A DNA stretch of 59,700 nucleotides, filler included, from Sphacelaria rigidula (taxonomy: Eukaryota), in NCBI GenBank assembly GCA_964200075.2. It is 10 parts of 10 records of this genome, joined end to end, with 100 filler letters (N's around TTAATTAATTAA, not from the genome) between each part and the next. Parts side by side here need not be neighbours in the genome. Positions count along the whole stretch, not along the records: positions 17,941 to 23,820 come from CAXNAA020023771.1; positions 23,921 to 29,800 come from CAXNAA020023772.1; positions 29,901 to 35,780 come from CAXNAA020023773.1; 7 more parts are not named here. One strand, given 5' to 3'. Position 1 is the first letter of the stretch; each line of letters starts with the position of its first letter. The notes under the pieces are model-generated. The model searched no databases and was not told the DNA's origin. It was given only the letters and a program-made list of their open reading frames with translations. The position numbers were made by a program, and so were the translations under genes. Shown piece by piece: positions 21,098 through 33,398 of this stretch.

Positions 21098-23215
21098 GCT
21101 GCAAAGATTGAAAGTGTCGTGAGAGGCAGTCGACCACCTTATCCTCCGCCCCACCCCGCTCGTGCACCCCCGTTGCCCCCGCGCTCAACAGCTCAGCGCG
21201 ACGCCCCCTACGACAACTCCGCTTCCTTGTCCAAGACAAACCCGGCACCCGAACTTATCGACGACATGCGTTTCCAAGATTCCCGTATCCATGATACCCG
21301 TACCCGCGATATCCCTGTCAATGATACCCGTCCACCCGTCGCTTGGCAAACAAACCCGACTCCGAGGCCGAGCACCTCGTCTCCCGTCCCTCCCAGCAGT
21401 CGGATGTACCCTCCTGAGCCGAGGGCTACCAGCGAGGTGGTGTGGGAGGCAGAGTCTTGCGTTAGGCCCCAGGAGGATGGAGCGCGACTCCCCGCCGAGA
21501 CCCAGTCGCGTTTTTCTGAAGTTGCCTGGACCGGCGAACCGCCCTTGTCGATGCCGGGAGGATCATCTGGGAGAGCTGGGGAGGGCGGGAGGGGACTGAT
21601 GGCCTATGCCGGAGGTATGGACAGGGGGATTGCTGAACGGTGGTCGGGATACGGTATGGGTGCGGCTGAGGCCCCGATATCCTCTAAGTTTGGGTTGGCG
21701 CCGCCTGTGCCGTCTTGTCATGACGGGCGTGTGTGGCCTGCGGAGTCGGCGTCGGCGTTCGAGAGCGGCTCTCGTGGTTATCGTGCTGTTGCTCGTGAGA
21801 GGACGGGAAGCACCGACAGTCGTGATTATCGTGCTGTCCCCGATGACAGGACAGGAAGTGCTGAGGGTCGTGGACCTGGGTGGAGGAGCGAGAGCAATGA
21901 AAGAGGAGACGGTCATCGCCGTGATTCGGTGCAGGGCTCGATGCGCTCCGATTCATCGATGTTCGCCCAGGCTCGCACCAGGGGTATGTCGAGTTTACCG
22001 GGCGGCATGACAGTGGACACAATGGGAGGGGTGGGGGCACGGCCTAGCGTACCATCTGACTGGACTGACCAGCGCGGCCAATCGTCGACACCGACGCTTT
22101 TGCAGCGCCGAGGAGTGCAGCAGAAGCAACAGCAACAGCAACAGCAGAATCAGCGTTATCATCGTCAGCAACAACCAGAAGAATACGGCAGCGTTCCTGT
22201 CTCGTCCAGGTCTGTGAATTCCGTGCGTGATTCGCGGAACGAAGACCAGGCGACATCCGTATTCCGCAGCTACGGTAGTCGAAGCGAGGGCAGCTCGGGT
22301 GGCGGCCCCCATACCGCAGGGGAGAGCACGGGGGGCGGTGTGCGGTCTAGCGGAGACAGCGGCATGTTCCACCACGATGGTGTGCGCGATGCCCGCCATC
22401 ATACCGAAACTCTGAGTCGTGACGAGTCAGTTGGAAGTGACCACTCCGGACGGGACGGTGCAGGAACGTGGCCGCCCGACGCCAAGCGGCAACGTCGTAC
22501 CAGCAGCCCCATGTTTGTCAGTGCTGGAGCTGGTCCTCCCGGGTCTGCTAGTAAGCCTTGCAACTTGGAAGATGATGACACAGCACCTTGCCTCCGGAAC
22601 GTTCCGAACGCCGGGGGGAACGTTCCGCAGGTTCCGAGCGTTCCGCACACGCTGCCGCCGCCGTTTCAGAGGAATGATTGCGGTAGTGCCAGCAGCGTGG
22701 ACGAGGTCCGAGGTGGGGGCAGTGGTTGGGGCGACTACCGTGAGCAGAGAGGGGACCGGGGTAGAGTCGATGAAATCGATGGGCGTGGTCATCAAAGCCA
22801 GGGCACGAGATTCTTGCAGCATAGCGGGTCGCAGAGCGGACCGTTTGTAGGCGGGGCACCCGAGCTAGTCCCACAGAGATACACGAGACGAGAGAGTGTG
22901 GATGTGGACACTTCTGCCTCCCGTCGTCCGGCGTGTGGCGGAAATGAGGAGGGCGGCAGTGGCGTTCATGGTTTTGGTCGCATGGTCAGAGAGCAACCCG
23001 TGACGGATGAGGGAAAGTATGACGATAGGGCGGGGTGGAGGACTGAAGCGGGGTGGAGGGGTGAAGGTGCCGTCGTTTGGCCGTCGCAGGAGCAACCGCG
23101 GCGTAGTTTCCAAAACGGTGCCTGCGGTCAGCGAATTGCGGAGCCGGGCTGTGGTGGCGGGAGGAGTAGCAGGACTGGTAGCAGCAGCCATATATACCAG
23201 GGAACCTATTGCTGA
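21098..23215 (+). CDS. Large exon of an uncharacterised low-complexity (G/S/R/P/Q-rich), probably disordered protein
   Basis: Stop-free 755-codon frame 20948-23215 in GC-rich sequence; plausible acceptor ttttagtgggacag at about 21097; poly-Q and an NLS-like PDAKRQRR; no recognisable domain. Confidence 0.65.
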   Translation, partial: AAKIESVVRGSRPPYPPPHPARAPPLPPRSTAQRDAPYDNSASLSKTNPAPELIDDMRFQDSRIHDTRTRDIPVNDTRPPVAWQTNPTPRPSTSSPVPPSSRMYPPEPRATSEVVWEAESCVRPQEDGARLPAETQSRFSEVAWTGEPPLSMPGGSSGRAGEGGRGLMAYAGGMDRGIAERWSGYGMGAAEAPISSKFGLAPPVPSCHDGRVWPAESASAFESGSRGYRAVARERTGSTDSRDYRAVPDDRTGSAEGRGPGWRSESNERGDGHRRDSVQGSMRSDSSMFAQARTRGMSSLPGGMTVDTMGGVGARPSVPSDWTDQRGQSSTPTLLQRRGVQQKQQQQQQQNQRYHRQQQPEEYGSVPVSSRSVNSVRDSRNEDQATSVFRSYGSRSEGSSGGGPHTAGESTGGGVRSSGDSGMFHHDGVRDARHHTETLSRDESVGSDHSGRDGAGTWPPDAKRQRRTSSPMFVSAGAGPPGSASKPCNLEDDDTAPCLRNVPNAGGNVPQVPSVPHTLPPPFQRNDCGSASSVDEVRGGGSGWGDYREQRGDRGRVDEIDGRGHQSQGTRFLQHSGSQSGPFVGGAPELVPQRYTRRESVDVDTSASRRPACGGNEEGGSGVHGFGRMVREQPVTDEGKYDDRAGWRTEAGWRGEGAVVWPSQEQPRRSFQNGACGQRIAEPGCGGGRSSRTGSSSHIYQGTYC

Positions 23216-23930
23216 CTGAAGGTTTGGAGCATCGATGGAACAAGAGCAGGTGGGTGCGCTGGTGTTTTTGTCGTGTTTGGGTACGTTGCGCTGGTTCCTT
23301 TGAAATCACCATTTTGGGGGGACTTTTTGAGTCTAACCGCCGGCTGATGTCATGTTGAACTATCCGAAGTCTGAAGACCCTGGGGGGAAAAGTCGACGCT
23401 CTCGGGAAAGACTGCTCGTACCTTGTTCTTTCATCTCTCATTTTTCATATCCTAATTTAAACAAGGGGTTAATTGATAACGATGGGAAGATTTGTCAAGA
23501 ATTGGGAAGTGATACGCCGTCTGCTTGTCCGAGAGTCCGCTCTGGTGTTGGGCAGTCGTGCGGTCATGTCTCGGAGGTACTTTGCATGAAGACTTGTTTT
23601 TTGCGAGCACCGTCTACAGAAGAGTTATGCAATCCGGAAGCGGCAATGTGATACTCGTTGTTCCTGACCGTGGACATATTTGTACCTTGGTGCAGTAGTT
23701 GGTTTTTGCTCGCCAAAATCCAATGACTGCCGAATCATGCTACGATAGGGGGGGGGGGTGTTCTCATGATCATGCTTGCCATAGTCATCAGACCATTGAC
23801 CTCGCATCCCTACAAAGCCGNNNNNNNNNNNNNNNNNNNNNNNNNNNNNNNNNNNNNNNNNNNNTTAATTAATTAANNNNNNNNNNNNNNNNNNNNNNNN
23901 NNNNNNNNNNNNNNNNNNNNCTGAGCGTTG

Positions 23931-24180
23931 GACACCTTCTACGATAGCCCCCCCCAAAACCAGCCCAAAAGTGTCACGAAAAAATGGCCATACAGCGCCT
24001 AATGTTTGGGTTCAGGCTGCATGAAGCGCCTCATATTGGCGACATCGGCTAGAAAAAACCCAAACGTGGGAATTCCCAGCTGCTCGTTGTGCTCGGCTTT
24101 TCCCATTTCAATTTACGTGAAGATTTTTCCTCCCAAAACCATGCATTTGTTTTTGGGGGGGGGCTATCGTAGAAAGTGTC
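23931..24180. mobile_element. ~250-bp MITE, same family as 19608-19865, 4-bp TSD GTTG
   Basis: gttg|gacaccttctacgatagc..gctatcgtagaaagtgtc|gttg; internal sequence aligns with the other copies. Confidence 0.9.
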
Positions 24181-24983
24181 GTTGGTTGATTTATTTATTT
24201 TTCCATGCTACTTTTCAAACAGTGAGCCAGCCACTGTCATCATGACGTGTCTAAAATACGCTCTGTGTACATTGCATACGTAACGGCTTAACAGCATGCG
24301 CAGAAGGCATCGATATGCTGGAAGCGACAACGTCTGATGCCGTATTTTCGTCCCAGTAATTGAACTCTCAGATATCGTACGATCTCAAAAACGGTTTCAA
24401 GACGTGGTTCTACTGGTCGAATCTGTTTCGGGGCACGGGCTGCTGCTTGTATGGCACCATGTGTTTTGGTCGTATCGCACCTTTGTGTTTTTCTCCACAT
24501 TGTGCTGAGACTGTTGTCAACTAACACCATTCTTTACTTATACGACCCCGAAACAAATTCGGCGTTCATCTACTATACCATCTCTGTTGCACCCGGGGTC
24601 GAGCACCAGTCCCTAAACGGCCTGGAACAGCTCATCGCATGGCTCGTCACCCTGTACGATATATACGCCCCCTGCTTCCCGCGCGTGCTTGTATGCCCCG
24701 TAACGGTCACTCACGACGCAAACGGTATCACTGCTCTTGCCCAGCCCACCTGCATTCTCAGTGAAAAATCCGTCACCATAGCAACTAATGTACCGTCATG
24801 CACTCAGCGGAATCCAGGACGTCTGCTACTGAGGATATGTGAGCGAATGGCCAGAGTCTAAAGATTCTGGGCTGATGAAAAGCGGATACCGAAGCAAATA
24901 TCACACAAGATGCCTCACCCATGTATTAAACAACCCCTCATCCATGTCTTGAACAACCCCTCACCCACCCCTTTCCACGACAG

Positions 24984-25094
24984 GGTACTTTCAACACTTT
25001 CAACAAGGTTACTGGGTCACTCGGCGATACGATATCTCACCTCACCCTCGACACCGACTACCGCAAGCGGAGGGTTCGCCAACGGCTTGTACAG
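24984..25094 (+). CDS. VPS13: VPS13-family lipid transfer protein, C-terminal region, exon a
   Basis: CAG|GGT..CAG|GTGCTG, 111 nt; GTFNTFNKVTGSLGDTISHLTLDTDYRKRR matches the VPS13 pattern K.TGS.G.....LT.D..Y..RR. Confidence 0.85.
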
Positions 25095-25169
25095 GTGCTG
25101 CTCTGAGGTTCACGAAATTTCTTCGCGGATGCATGGGTACATATACCTATCCATATATGTTTATATGTA

Positions 25170-25766
25170 CTTCCTCTGTCTCATAAGTTAGGGTACCCAT
25201 GGGCAGTACGTTGTCTGGGTACAACCGTGTTGGTAAGGATCGTATAGTCGGGTTCGTTAGAAAGATAAAACGAAGACGAAGCTAGAGAAGAAAAAAAGTC
25301 CTATTCTTTCACCTGAAAAGGGTTGAAATTTACCTATTTTGGCCTATTTGAGCAATATTTTTGAGAATATTTTCATGTTTTTCGAGAACGTTTCCAGAAT
25401 TATCAAAAAATCCAAAAAGCGTCCAAATTTAGTTCCTTACCTGCCCTCTACACCATTCCAGTGATGGACTCGTCCCCCAGCACACACCCACCTCGCAAAC
25501 GGGGTGCCGAGATATCGGTTGGTGGCCGCTACGCAATGGCCATCGACACTTTTTTTCCCGTGGGAAAGGCGTGAAATATGCCCATTTTTCGGCCGACTGA
25601 TTTTCTTTCGGCCGTTCGACCGCATGGTTCAAGCACCGGCGAAAAAAAAAACATGTTTTTTACTCGAAAAACACCGAAGATTTCAACAAAAAAGGTCTAG
25701 AAACAGATCGAACACAAGTGAGGGCCCGTACAAATTCAGGTACCCTAACTTATGAGACAGGGGGAG
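25170..25766. mobile_element. Stowaway-like (Tc1/mariner) MITE in a VPS13 intron
   Basis: TA|CTTCCTCTGTCTCATAAGTTAGGGTACC..GGTACCCTAACTTATGAGACAGGGGGAG|TA; 28-bp TIR with 2 mismatches, TA TSD, resembles the CTCCCTCCGT consensus. Confidence 0.85.
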
Positions 25767-26150
25767 TATATTGTTTAGCTCTAATTACTGGCGTATTCGT
25801 GTGATCGATGCGCGGGCGACCGGCGCCGTTGTCAGCCCGACCCACCTCTGAGGCATGAAAGATATGTGATCCAAACGCCACGCCTATTTTCTGCCTGGAA
25901 AACCTAACCGTCATTTCTGCTGTCGTTACGAAGATCTGTCCGCACCTTCACTTTGTTGTTCTGGTGACCACTATTCTACGAGTTTGTCACACATGGTTGA
26001 AGGAGCCGCCGCTCACGCCGCTCTACCCATCCGTCATGGCGGTGAAACCGTTCCACCACGGTCGAGATTTTGGGGGATAATTTTGTTGAACACGTGCTAC
26101 CATTCCCGCCACCAATTGCCCGGTCTTGTACATTCGATCTTGGCCATTAG

Positions 26151-26237
26151 GGCGATACTATGGCCGACAGCATGGCCCACGGAGCGAAGGAATTCGGGCG
26201 CGGCATTTTCCAGGGAGTGACGGGGGTTGTTATGGAG
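26151..26237 (+). CDS. VPS13: VPS13 C-terminal (ATG2_C-like Gly-rich helices), exon b
   Basis: TAG|GGC..GAG|GTAATG, 87 nt, phase 0-0; GDTMADSMAHGAKEFGRGIFQGVTGVVME. Confidence 0.85.
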
Positions 26238-26532
26238 GTAATGCTGAGTGGCGGTAGGTTGTGCTCACTGTTTTCCAGCAAGTGAAGGCTTGACTCCCCG
26301 CTGTAGCCAAGTAGTTCTTGAAGAGCTATGCAACTATGTCAGTGGCATTCCGGTGACAAATATGTCAACCGAAGCTCTGCTCATCGCACGCCCTCCGCTC
26401 CTCGTGACTCCTCGTGACTATTGCATTCTAATCATACTTTCCTCCCGCTTTCTGCAGTTGTTTGTACTTGAGTAGGAGTGCATGCCCACTATAACCCCCC
26501 TCCCTCCCCTTTATGACTGTGGCATGATACAG

Positions 26533-26613
26533 CCGTATCTGGGAGCGGAAAAGGAGGGCGTGCTGGGTTTCGGCAAAGGGATGGTTAAGGGTGTCGTTGG
26601 AGTAGCAGTCAAG
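26533..26613 (+). CDS. VPS13: VPS13 C-terminal, exon c
   Basis: CAG|CCG..AAG|GTGAG, 81 nt; PYLGAEKEGVLGFGKGMVKGVVGVAVK is the hallmark P..GA..EG..GF.KG...G..G...KP motif. Confidence 0.9.
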
Positions 26614-27185
26614 GTGAGAAACATTTTTCTTCTCGTGCTCAATGCCCATTTGAAACTCCGGTGAGGCAATGAGCTGAACCAAAATGGTGATGATGACCTA
26701 TCGTCTACTTGTGTGGTGATACGGTAGACAACTTCGTGGGGATATCGGTCCACATGGGATGTTACAGTTTATTCGTCGCAGTGTTCGGATGGGTTTCATG
26801 TGTCCCGGTGTGCTCTTTCGAGACTAGCCGTACATCTCTCAATGGTATTCCACATCGCAGGATGAAAAAGAGCGCAACATAGCCTGACTCCAAAGTGACC
26901 GCAGGAATGGATCTGGATCCAAAATGATTTTCCCCTTGATTGCAGGTGAACTGAAGGTACTGTCCAATCATACCCTTTTATTATCACCAGTTCTACGTGT
27001 ACTTTTACCGAAAAATTCAACGCACAGACAGTGAAATCGTGTTGGAGTTGACTGGAGCACCACAGCACCCCCAAACGCAACAGCTGTCTCCCCTGACAAG
27101 CGTACAAGTACTTCAGATCCCACTAACCGAACCCCCACTGCCCTCTCCGCACCCCCCAACTTGCACTGTCTCATCACCGGTGCAG

Positions 27186-27628
27186 CCGGTCGTTGGAGTG
27201 TTTGATCTCGGCGCGCGAGCTTTTGAGGGCATCCGAAATGCGTCTCGCATGGATGACGACATGTCGCCAGAAGACCAGCACAATGCTTACGCCCAACAAC
27301 TCCAGGATGAACGCGATCGCCTCGACACGAGCAACAACCCCAACAATCACGCGCGGACCTCAGGAGATTTCCAAGGATCATCTCACGGGTCGTACTCCAG
27401 TAGTACCACGTCCGCGTTATCTCCACCCCCCAGTAGTACCAACGCCCAGCGTAGGAGTGGAGGGGGAGGGGGGGGAGAAGGCGGCGTTTCGTTGCTGGCC
27501 CAACGGGCACGGCCGCCGAGAAGGTTTGGACGCCTCGGTGAGATGGATCCATTCACGTGGGACGCTTCGGTGGCGCAAGCGATACTGAGAGCGGTTACCA
27601 GGGACGATGGGGATGTGCCTAGCGAGAG
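27186..27628 (+). CDS. VPS13: VPS13 C-terminal, exon d
   Basis: GCAG|CCG..GAG AG|GTGAG; PVVGVFDLGARAFEGIRN..RARPPRRFG continues the KP..G..D......EGI.N..R.RPPR motif. Confidence 0.88.
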
Positions 27629-27689
27629 GTGAGCTGTCTGTGTTCGTCATCTGTGGTTAGTCATTGTGATGGTTGTGTAGTCGTTCTGT

Positions 27690-27909
<220 letters not shown>

Positions 27910-28719
27910 TCCACCGTGCTTTCCGCTACCCTGGTTTGCTGTTTTGGCCCCGCTTGTTGTGTAGTTTTGCCTCTACCGCCTACTGTCGGCTGTACTTTTC
28001 TCGCTTGCTATCGCATCGCATGTTGTCATGTGCACGCGTATTTTCCGCCCATATGTTCTTTTTGAACCTTGCTTCGATCTGATCGCACAGTTTTTGTTTT
28101 GTCATTTTCGCCTGCATTGTATCACCTTCGCCTGACCTACACCTGTTCACCCATAATATCACCGCTGTACCTAACCAGTAATGATCGTGTTCCAGGCATC
28201 CCCCATTATATTTCGGTATTTTTGTTGCATACTGAATTGGGACAATCAACCCACCATGATCAGTATGTATTTTTCATTTTTATTGTGGCCATGGGGATTT
28301 GTGAAATGCACGTGCGGTCAAGCTTCCAATTTTTTCGGTCTTGATTGATTGTCGTTCATCACACATTCCAATATTTTCTGCATCTCCGGGTGTCGTGTCT
28401 ACCATAACTTTCTTTTGAGCCACCCGATTGTATTGCGTGTTTTATGATTTTGCGCCGCTGTCGTCTTGCTCTGTAGAGTTGCACGATTTTTCATTTCATG
28501 TCTTAGCAATTTTGTTTTGTGTTTGGCGATCGCAGACGTACGTAGCTCCCCTATTTTTCCTTTTTTGCCCTTTATGCTCAGTGTACCATGCAAGTTGACT
28601 GCGCGATTATGTATCTTGTCTTTGACGATTCGCTGATGTGGTCGCGGAACCCCCTTGGGGGGGCGAAGTACGAGTTTTTGCTGTCTTGATGGTTGCTGTA
28701 CAGTGTGCACACCCTTTGC

Positions 28720-29090
28720 CACAAAACAGCGCGGCTTCCCACCATAAGAACGCCACATGATCAGAGAAGAAATGCACAAGCTTCTTGACCGAGGTGTTGC
28801 CCACCCAACTTTCCCCGGCAACGTTTGTCGACTACACGATTATATTTTTGGTAAAATTCGCCAAATTCGCCAAATGCATCTTTACTGCAGGGTCTCACAA
28901 GTTCCTTAGCCTGTTGATCAATAATACCGGCATACAACCAGCCCCCTCCAAACGCAACGCAATTGCTCAGAGATCACGTCCATACATTCGAAAAGCTACG
29001 TTCGTTTCTGGACCCACCGGGTACCTTGGACAGTTTGTCCAGGAGCGTAGCATTCTAGTCGCCCCGCTGACCGATATTCTGAAAAAGTAG
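28720..29090 (+). mobile_element. Ty3/Gypsy reverse-transcriptase relic
   Basis: MIREEMHKLLDRG, then FVDYTIIF..KFAKCIF..KFLSLLINNTGIQPAPSK..AIAQ..GYLGQFV..LVAPLTDILKK; catalytic YxDD degenerate. Confidence 0.7.
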
Positions 29091-30338
29091 GAAAGCCAAC
29101 AGTATTGCTACACGATGTAGGTAAACGCGCGCTCTTCTTTTTCTGTCAAACTTATGTGCCGTACAACTGCAGGAAGACTTCACTACCACAATGCAGTCGT
29201 CTCAAAATGGCTCAGCTAGGATATGGCATACGAACTAGAGACTCGCCCAACGACCATCAATGTACAACTCATGCATGTGAGGTCACGTTTCTTGTCATTT
29301 CTGTGCTTTGTCTCCGTATGTTTAGTACAACGTATCTCACTATTATACTTTTATTCAGCATGCCTTGTCTATTTGCAGTTTTACAGGATTCGAAAACCTA
29401 GGGGGAAGGCTGCTTAAAAGGTTACAGAATTGTACAAATCTTGGCCCCAGAGAGAGTATGTTTCACGCACACCCTTACGCAATCGCACCCTACCGGACGA
29501 TCCCACGCCATGCTACCGTCTGACACGTTTCCCTTCGAGCTCTGGACTGGCCGTAAACATTACAAACGTAGACTGCTGCCGAGATAGCCCCCCCCGAACC
29601 GACCCAAAAAGTGCACGGAGGCCATGATCATGAATGCCGTTAGAGCTGGCTTCGTGCTGCACGACGCGACTCGTTTTGGCGTTATAGCTGATTTTGGACT
29701 GCTACACGCCCCTCATGTGAGCAAAGTTGCTGTAAACGAGCCTAATAGTAGGATTGCAGCCGGTTTGTCGGACGGTATCCGGTGCACTTTTTGTGGGGGG
29801 NNNNNNNNNNNNNNNNNNNNNNNNNNNNNNNNNNNNNNNNNNNNTTAATTAATTAANNNNNNNNNNNNNNNNNNNNNNNNNNNNNNNNNNNNNNNNNNNN
29901 TGCCACCTTTGTTCACGTCTCGCATTTTCCCCTGTAGCACGTCCCGTTCCTCCTTGTATAGCAAACATTTTGCCACAGGGCGACGACGGGTGTACTCATG
30001 ATCATGCTTGCCATAGTCATCAGACCATTGCAGGGCGACGACGGGGGGGGGGGGGGTTGCAACATTTACAGGGTACTCTAGATAGCGGTCTCTGATGCAT
30101 CATACTATGGGAGAACAATGTTACCCCTTGTCCATGCATCCAACACTGTCCCGAGACCGGTCCACCGGGAATTGTCACTCTATATTTGTCGCCGTACGTT
30201 GACCGATAAGCTGCTCCACCCCAATGCCCGAACGTGAAACTGCGATTCGTTTACGCGGTTTTGATGGTGTTATCGGGATGAAATTTCACTGCGGAAGAAT
30301 CCCTCTTGTCTGCTGTCCCATTAACCCTCTCTTCACAG

Positions 30339-30554
30339 GCAGTGGCGTGGGGAATCGAGCCAAGGTTAGCTCTCGACAAGAAAACTCATGCCGCACAACA
30401 GTCATCCCTCAATGTCGGAAGCAATCATGATATGGCACCCTCACGTGGATGTGGGAATAATAATCACGGGCGACAGTTCCTAAAATTTGAGGTGTGGTCT
30501 ACCCGTGCTGCTGCTTCATGCTCCGGTGCCGCCCATACGTCCATGAGACGGCAG
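30339..30554 (+). CDS. Probable DLEC1/CFAP81-like ciliary ASH/Ig-domain protein, exon a
   Basis: cttcaCAG|GCA..CAG|GTACT, 216 nt, phase 0-0; AVAWGIEPRLALDKK..FLKFEVWST..HTSMRRQ. Confidence 0.55.
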
Positions 30555-30920
30555 GTACTATGCATACTACTTGGAATTTGAAAATAGGTCGAACATTTTG
30601 CTGAGAAGATGAACCACTTCAGTAGTGGAGCATCGGGAGCACTACGCGATGAGCTGTACTGCGAGTACTTCCTTGTACTACGCGTATATATATATATATA
30701 TATATATATATTGATCAGCGGTTGTGCTATTATGTGCGCAATTGTCCGTTTCTCACCGAAACGCGTTAGCACCTACCATTTCCATGCAAGGGGCATGCGA
30801 CCGCTGTGCACAATGCCTGATCGAGTCATGGTTGCATCAAGGGCAGACTACGTGGTCTTGCATTATTGTGCAGACTTCATCCAGGGTATCAATGTTTATC
30901 GGGCTTACCAACACTCATGA

Positions 30921-31230
30921 AAGGTATCCATCTGGGATACCATATTTACCCGAGACATACATGGGGGAAACCATGTTCACCTGGAATATCCGTCCGGGGT
31001 GTTCATCTGGGGTGTGGGGATCTTTGTGGGACGCCTATCTGGGATATCCAGTTATCTGGGATACCCATTTGGGTTATGGACATCTCATTTGGATCTCGCA
31101 GGTGATTCGTAATGGATACCTCACATGGAGATCTAAAGTAGATGAAAACCTTTTAGATAGAAATCCGAACTTGTCAAAAACCTCCTGTATCAATGTCCCG
31201 GATGGATATGATATCCCAGATACATCCCTT
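30921..31230. mobile_element. Small MITE built of ATCTGGGATA motifs, intronic
   Basis: Ends aaggtatccatctgggatac..gatatcccagatacatccctt are inverted; internal atctgggata repeats. Confidence 0.5.
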
Positions 31231-31453
31231 GGTGGACGTTGATATCGCAGATGAAGGTTGCAAGATGCAAGCCCCCTCATACTTGCCGATGGACGAAATG
31301 CTTTTACCGCGCACGGAGAAGCCGCCTCCGATTTCCCTAGTCCCATGCGTCATACTCGTAGATTATCTTCGCTCAGAAAATACAACGTGAGCTGGTAGAA
31401 AATGCGATTTCCCTTGATCGAATTCCCCCTTTTTCGCCTATTTTGCCGCTCAG

Positions 31454-31682
31454 ATCAGTCTCAGCAACCCGTTGACCATCCCAGTCTCCTTCCGGCTGGA
31501 ACCGGAGGGCCCTTTCACCATCAACTTACTCCCCACGAAACGGCGACTGCGCAATTGCCGCCCTGTAAAGTCCGGCATCGTGTCCAGTACGAGCAACAGC
31601 GAATGTACCGCCGATACTGCAACGGGAGGGGCATCTATTCAGTCCTCGAACGTCGACGGTTACGATCCGGCTTCTTTGACAC
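31454..31682 (+). CDS. Probable DLEC1/CFAP81-like protein, exon b
   Basis: gctCAG|ATC..ACA C|GTGAG; ISLSNPLTIPVSFRLEPEGPFTI resembles ASH-domain strands (L.N....F.L....PF.I); phase fits exons a and c. Confidence 0.6.
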
Positions 31683-32241
31683 GTGAGTACCCGATCATGA
31701 GAAGTGCCATCAAGAAGACATGTCCATGGTGTGTGGAATGTTGAAGACACGTGAATATACCCATCACGTAGTGAGCGAAATGTGATCGCAGTTCGCCAGT
31801 GTGATAAAAAATCAAGTGACCTCATTTCATACACTTGCTTCCCTCGTGGTGGAATATACTTGAAGCGGTGAATTTCGCAGTATCTTCTCAACTGAAGTAT
31901 ATAGCACACAATGAGTCGAATTGCCTATCGATTTCAGACATCCATCAATTCCTCTGAGGTGTTTGTGATTTATACTTGAGTAATGGTCAACCGCATGTCA
32001 TCATATTCAGGCTACTCTACCCCATTCGTCGGCGCACGCAAGGCCGTGTTAACAACGGGAAATAATGCAGTACAGGTGCACATAGCAAGGAACATCAGGG
32101 GGCATGAGACAATGATGAGCAAATTGAAATATTTGTTTAATGCGCCGCATGGAGATGTAACGTATATCTCAATGAAACGACTCGTGATATGCTGCCATTG
32201 TTCTCGGCATCACACGACAGAATCTGATGTTACGGTGTCAG

Positions 32242-32426
32242 GAACGGGAAATCGTATTCTAATGAGAGCCAACGGGCGGCGAGGTAGATGTATGGTACGC
32301 CCGTCAGCAGTATCGGCCACCTTGTTGCCGGGACAGAATCTGGCGTTGGAAATGGTCTTTCTGCCCAGCAAAGGCTCTGGCGTGTTACCACGGGCCCTCC
32401 AATCATCGTTCACTCAGGGCTCGGAG
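32242..32426 (+). CDS. Probable DLEC1/CFAP81-like protein, exon c
   Basis: gtCAG|GA..GAG|GTGAG, phase 1-0; SATLLPGQNLALEMVFLP matches the L.PG....V.F.P ASH/Ig end motif. Confidence 0.6.
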
Positions 32427-32610
32427 GTGAGTATGTGTGCGCTCGTGAATGTGCGCGCGGTTGTTCGTGTGCATGTGATCATGTATTTTCGGTCTGTTAT
32501 TGGTTCACGTGATGAAAAATGGTTCCTGAAGTCGGAGCCAAGACTTATGCGGTTTCTGAGATTCTTGTACAATGTGACCGCGAGTCAGAAAGGTCGAACT
32601 GGTGTGGTTA

Positions 32611-32720
32611 CACGGGTGGCCACTGAGGTGCCTGCAACCTCAAATTTGGACGTTACAGACCTTGTGCAACGTCTGTAACGTCCAAATTTGAGGTTGCAGG
32701 CACCCCAGTGGCTAGCCGTG
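32611..32720. repeat. 110-bp near-perfect hairpin flanked by TA (mini CAC..GTG MITE or miRNA-like precursor)
   Basis: 50-bp arms complementary at 47 of 50 positions, 10-nt loop CTTGTGCAAC; TA|CACGG..CCGTG|TA. Confidence 0.9.
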
Positions 32721-33398
32721 TATTAAAAAAACGGTGAGGCGGCTCAAGTTTGGAGCTCGCTAGAAACCGCGGTGCACCCTAAGGAGGGGTGCTGGAATAG
32801 ATCAGCTGACCTAATCAGTCATCCGTGTGCGTTGGAATATTCCTGCGGCTAGTAAGCGGCGTGAAGAGGCCCTACAACTTTGTTCTTTGTCTTTACAATG
32901 TAGAAATTGTTGTTGATTGATTTTCATTGATTGACTCTCGCACATTAACTGTTGCCTCCAGGAATCCAGCCGTGGTCACGTGATAGATGCTGAAACAAAA
33001 CGGCAGCACTCGCTGAAGGAAAGTGATGAAAACTAAGAGGTGGAGCAGACACAAATAGTAGACTGCAAGAGCAAACCACGAATCAAGCAAAGCAAAACAA
33101 ACACAAACAATCAACAAGAAATAGTCGACCTCTGTAACATGGTTTCAAGCGGAAATGGTCTTGCGCAAACGCATACGTGTTCATACCGTTTTTTTTTAAA
33201 CAAGCACAAGAACCGCGTGGTGATAGATTGCGGCTCATCTATCTCGGCCACACCATTTGGGGTGCGAGCGCTCACCCATGAACTCTACGGAAGTAAGGCA
33301 TCAAACTGCAACTTGCGTGCACTGGGAGGGAAGAACAGAGAGGAAGAGACAGGACTACAGAGATAATGAAGCCCAAGGACACAGTACAGTAAAGCCGT

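Noticed and set aside
31257..31386. Extra exon of the DLEC1-like gene (ends AAC|GTGAG in phase 0)
   Set aside because: Weak acceptor directly after a MITE; exon 30339-30554 already joins 31454 in frame and gives a better domain pattern. Cannot be fully excluded.
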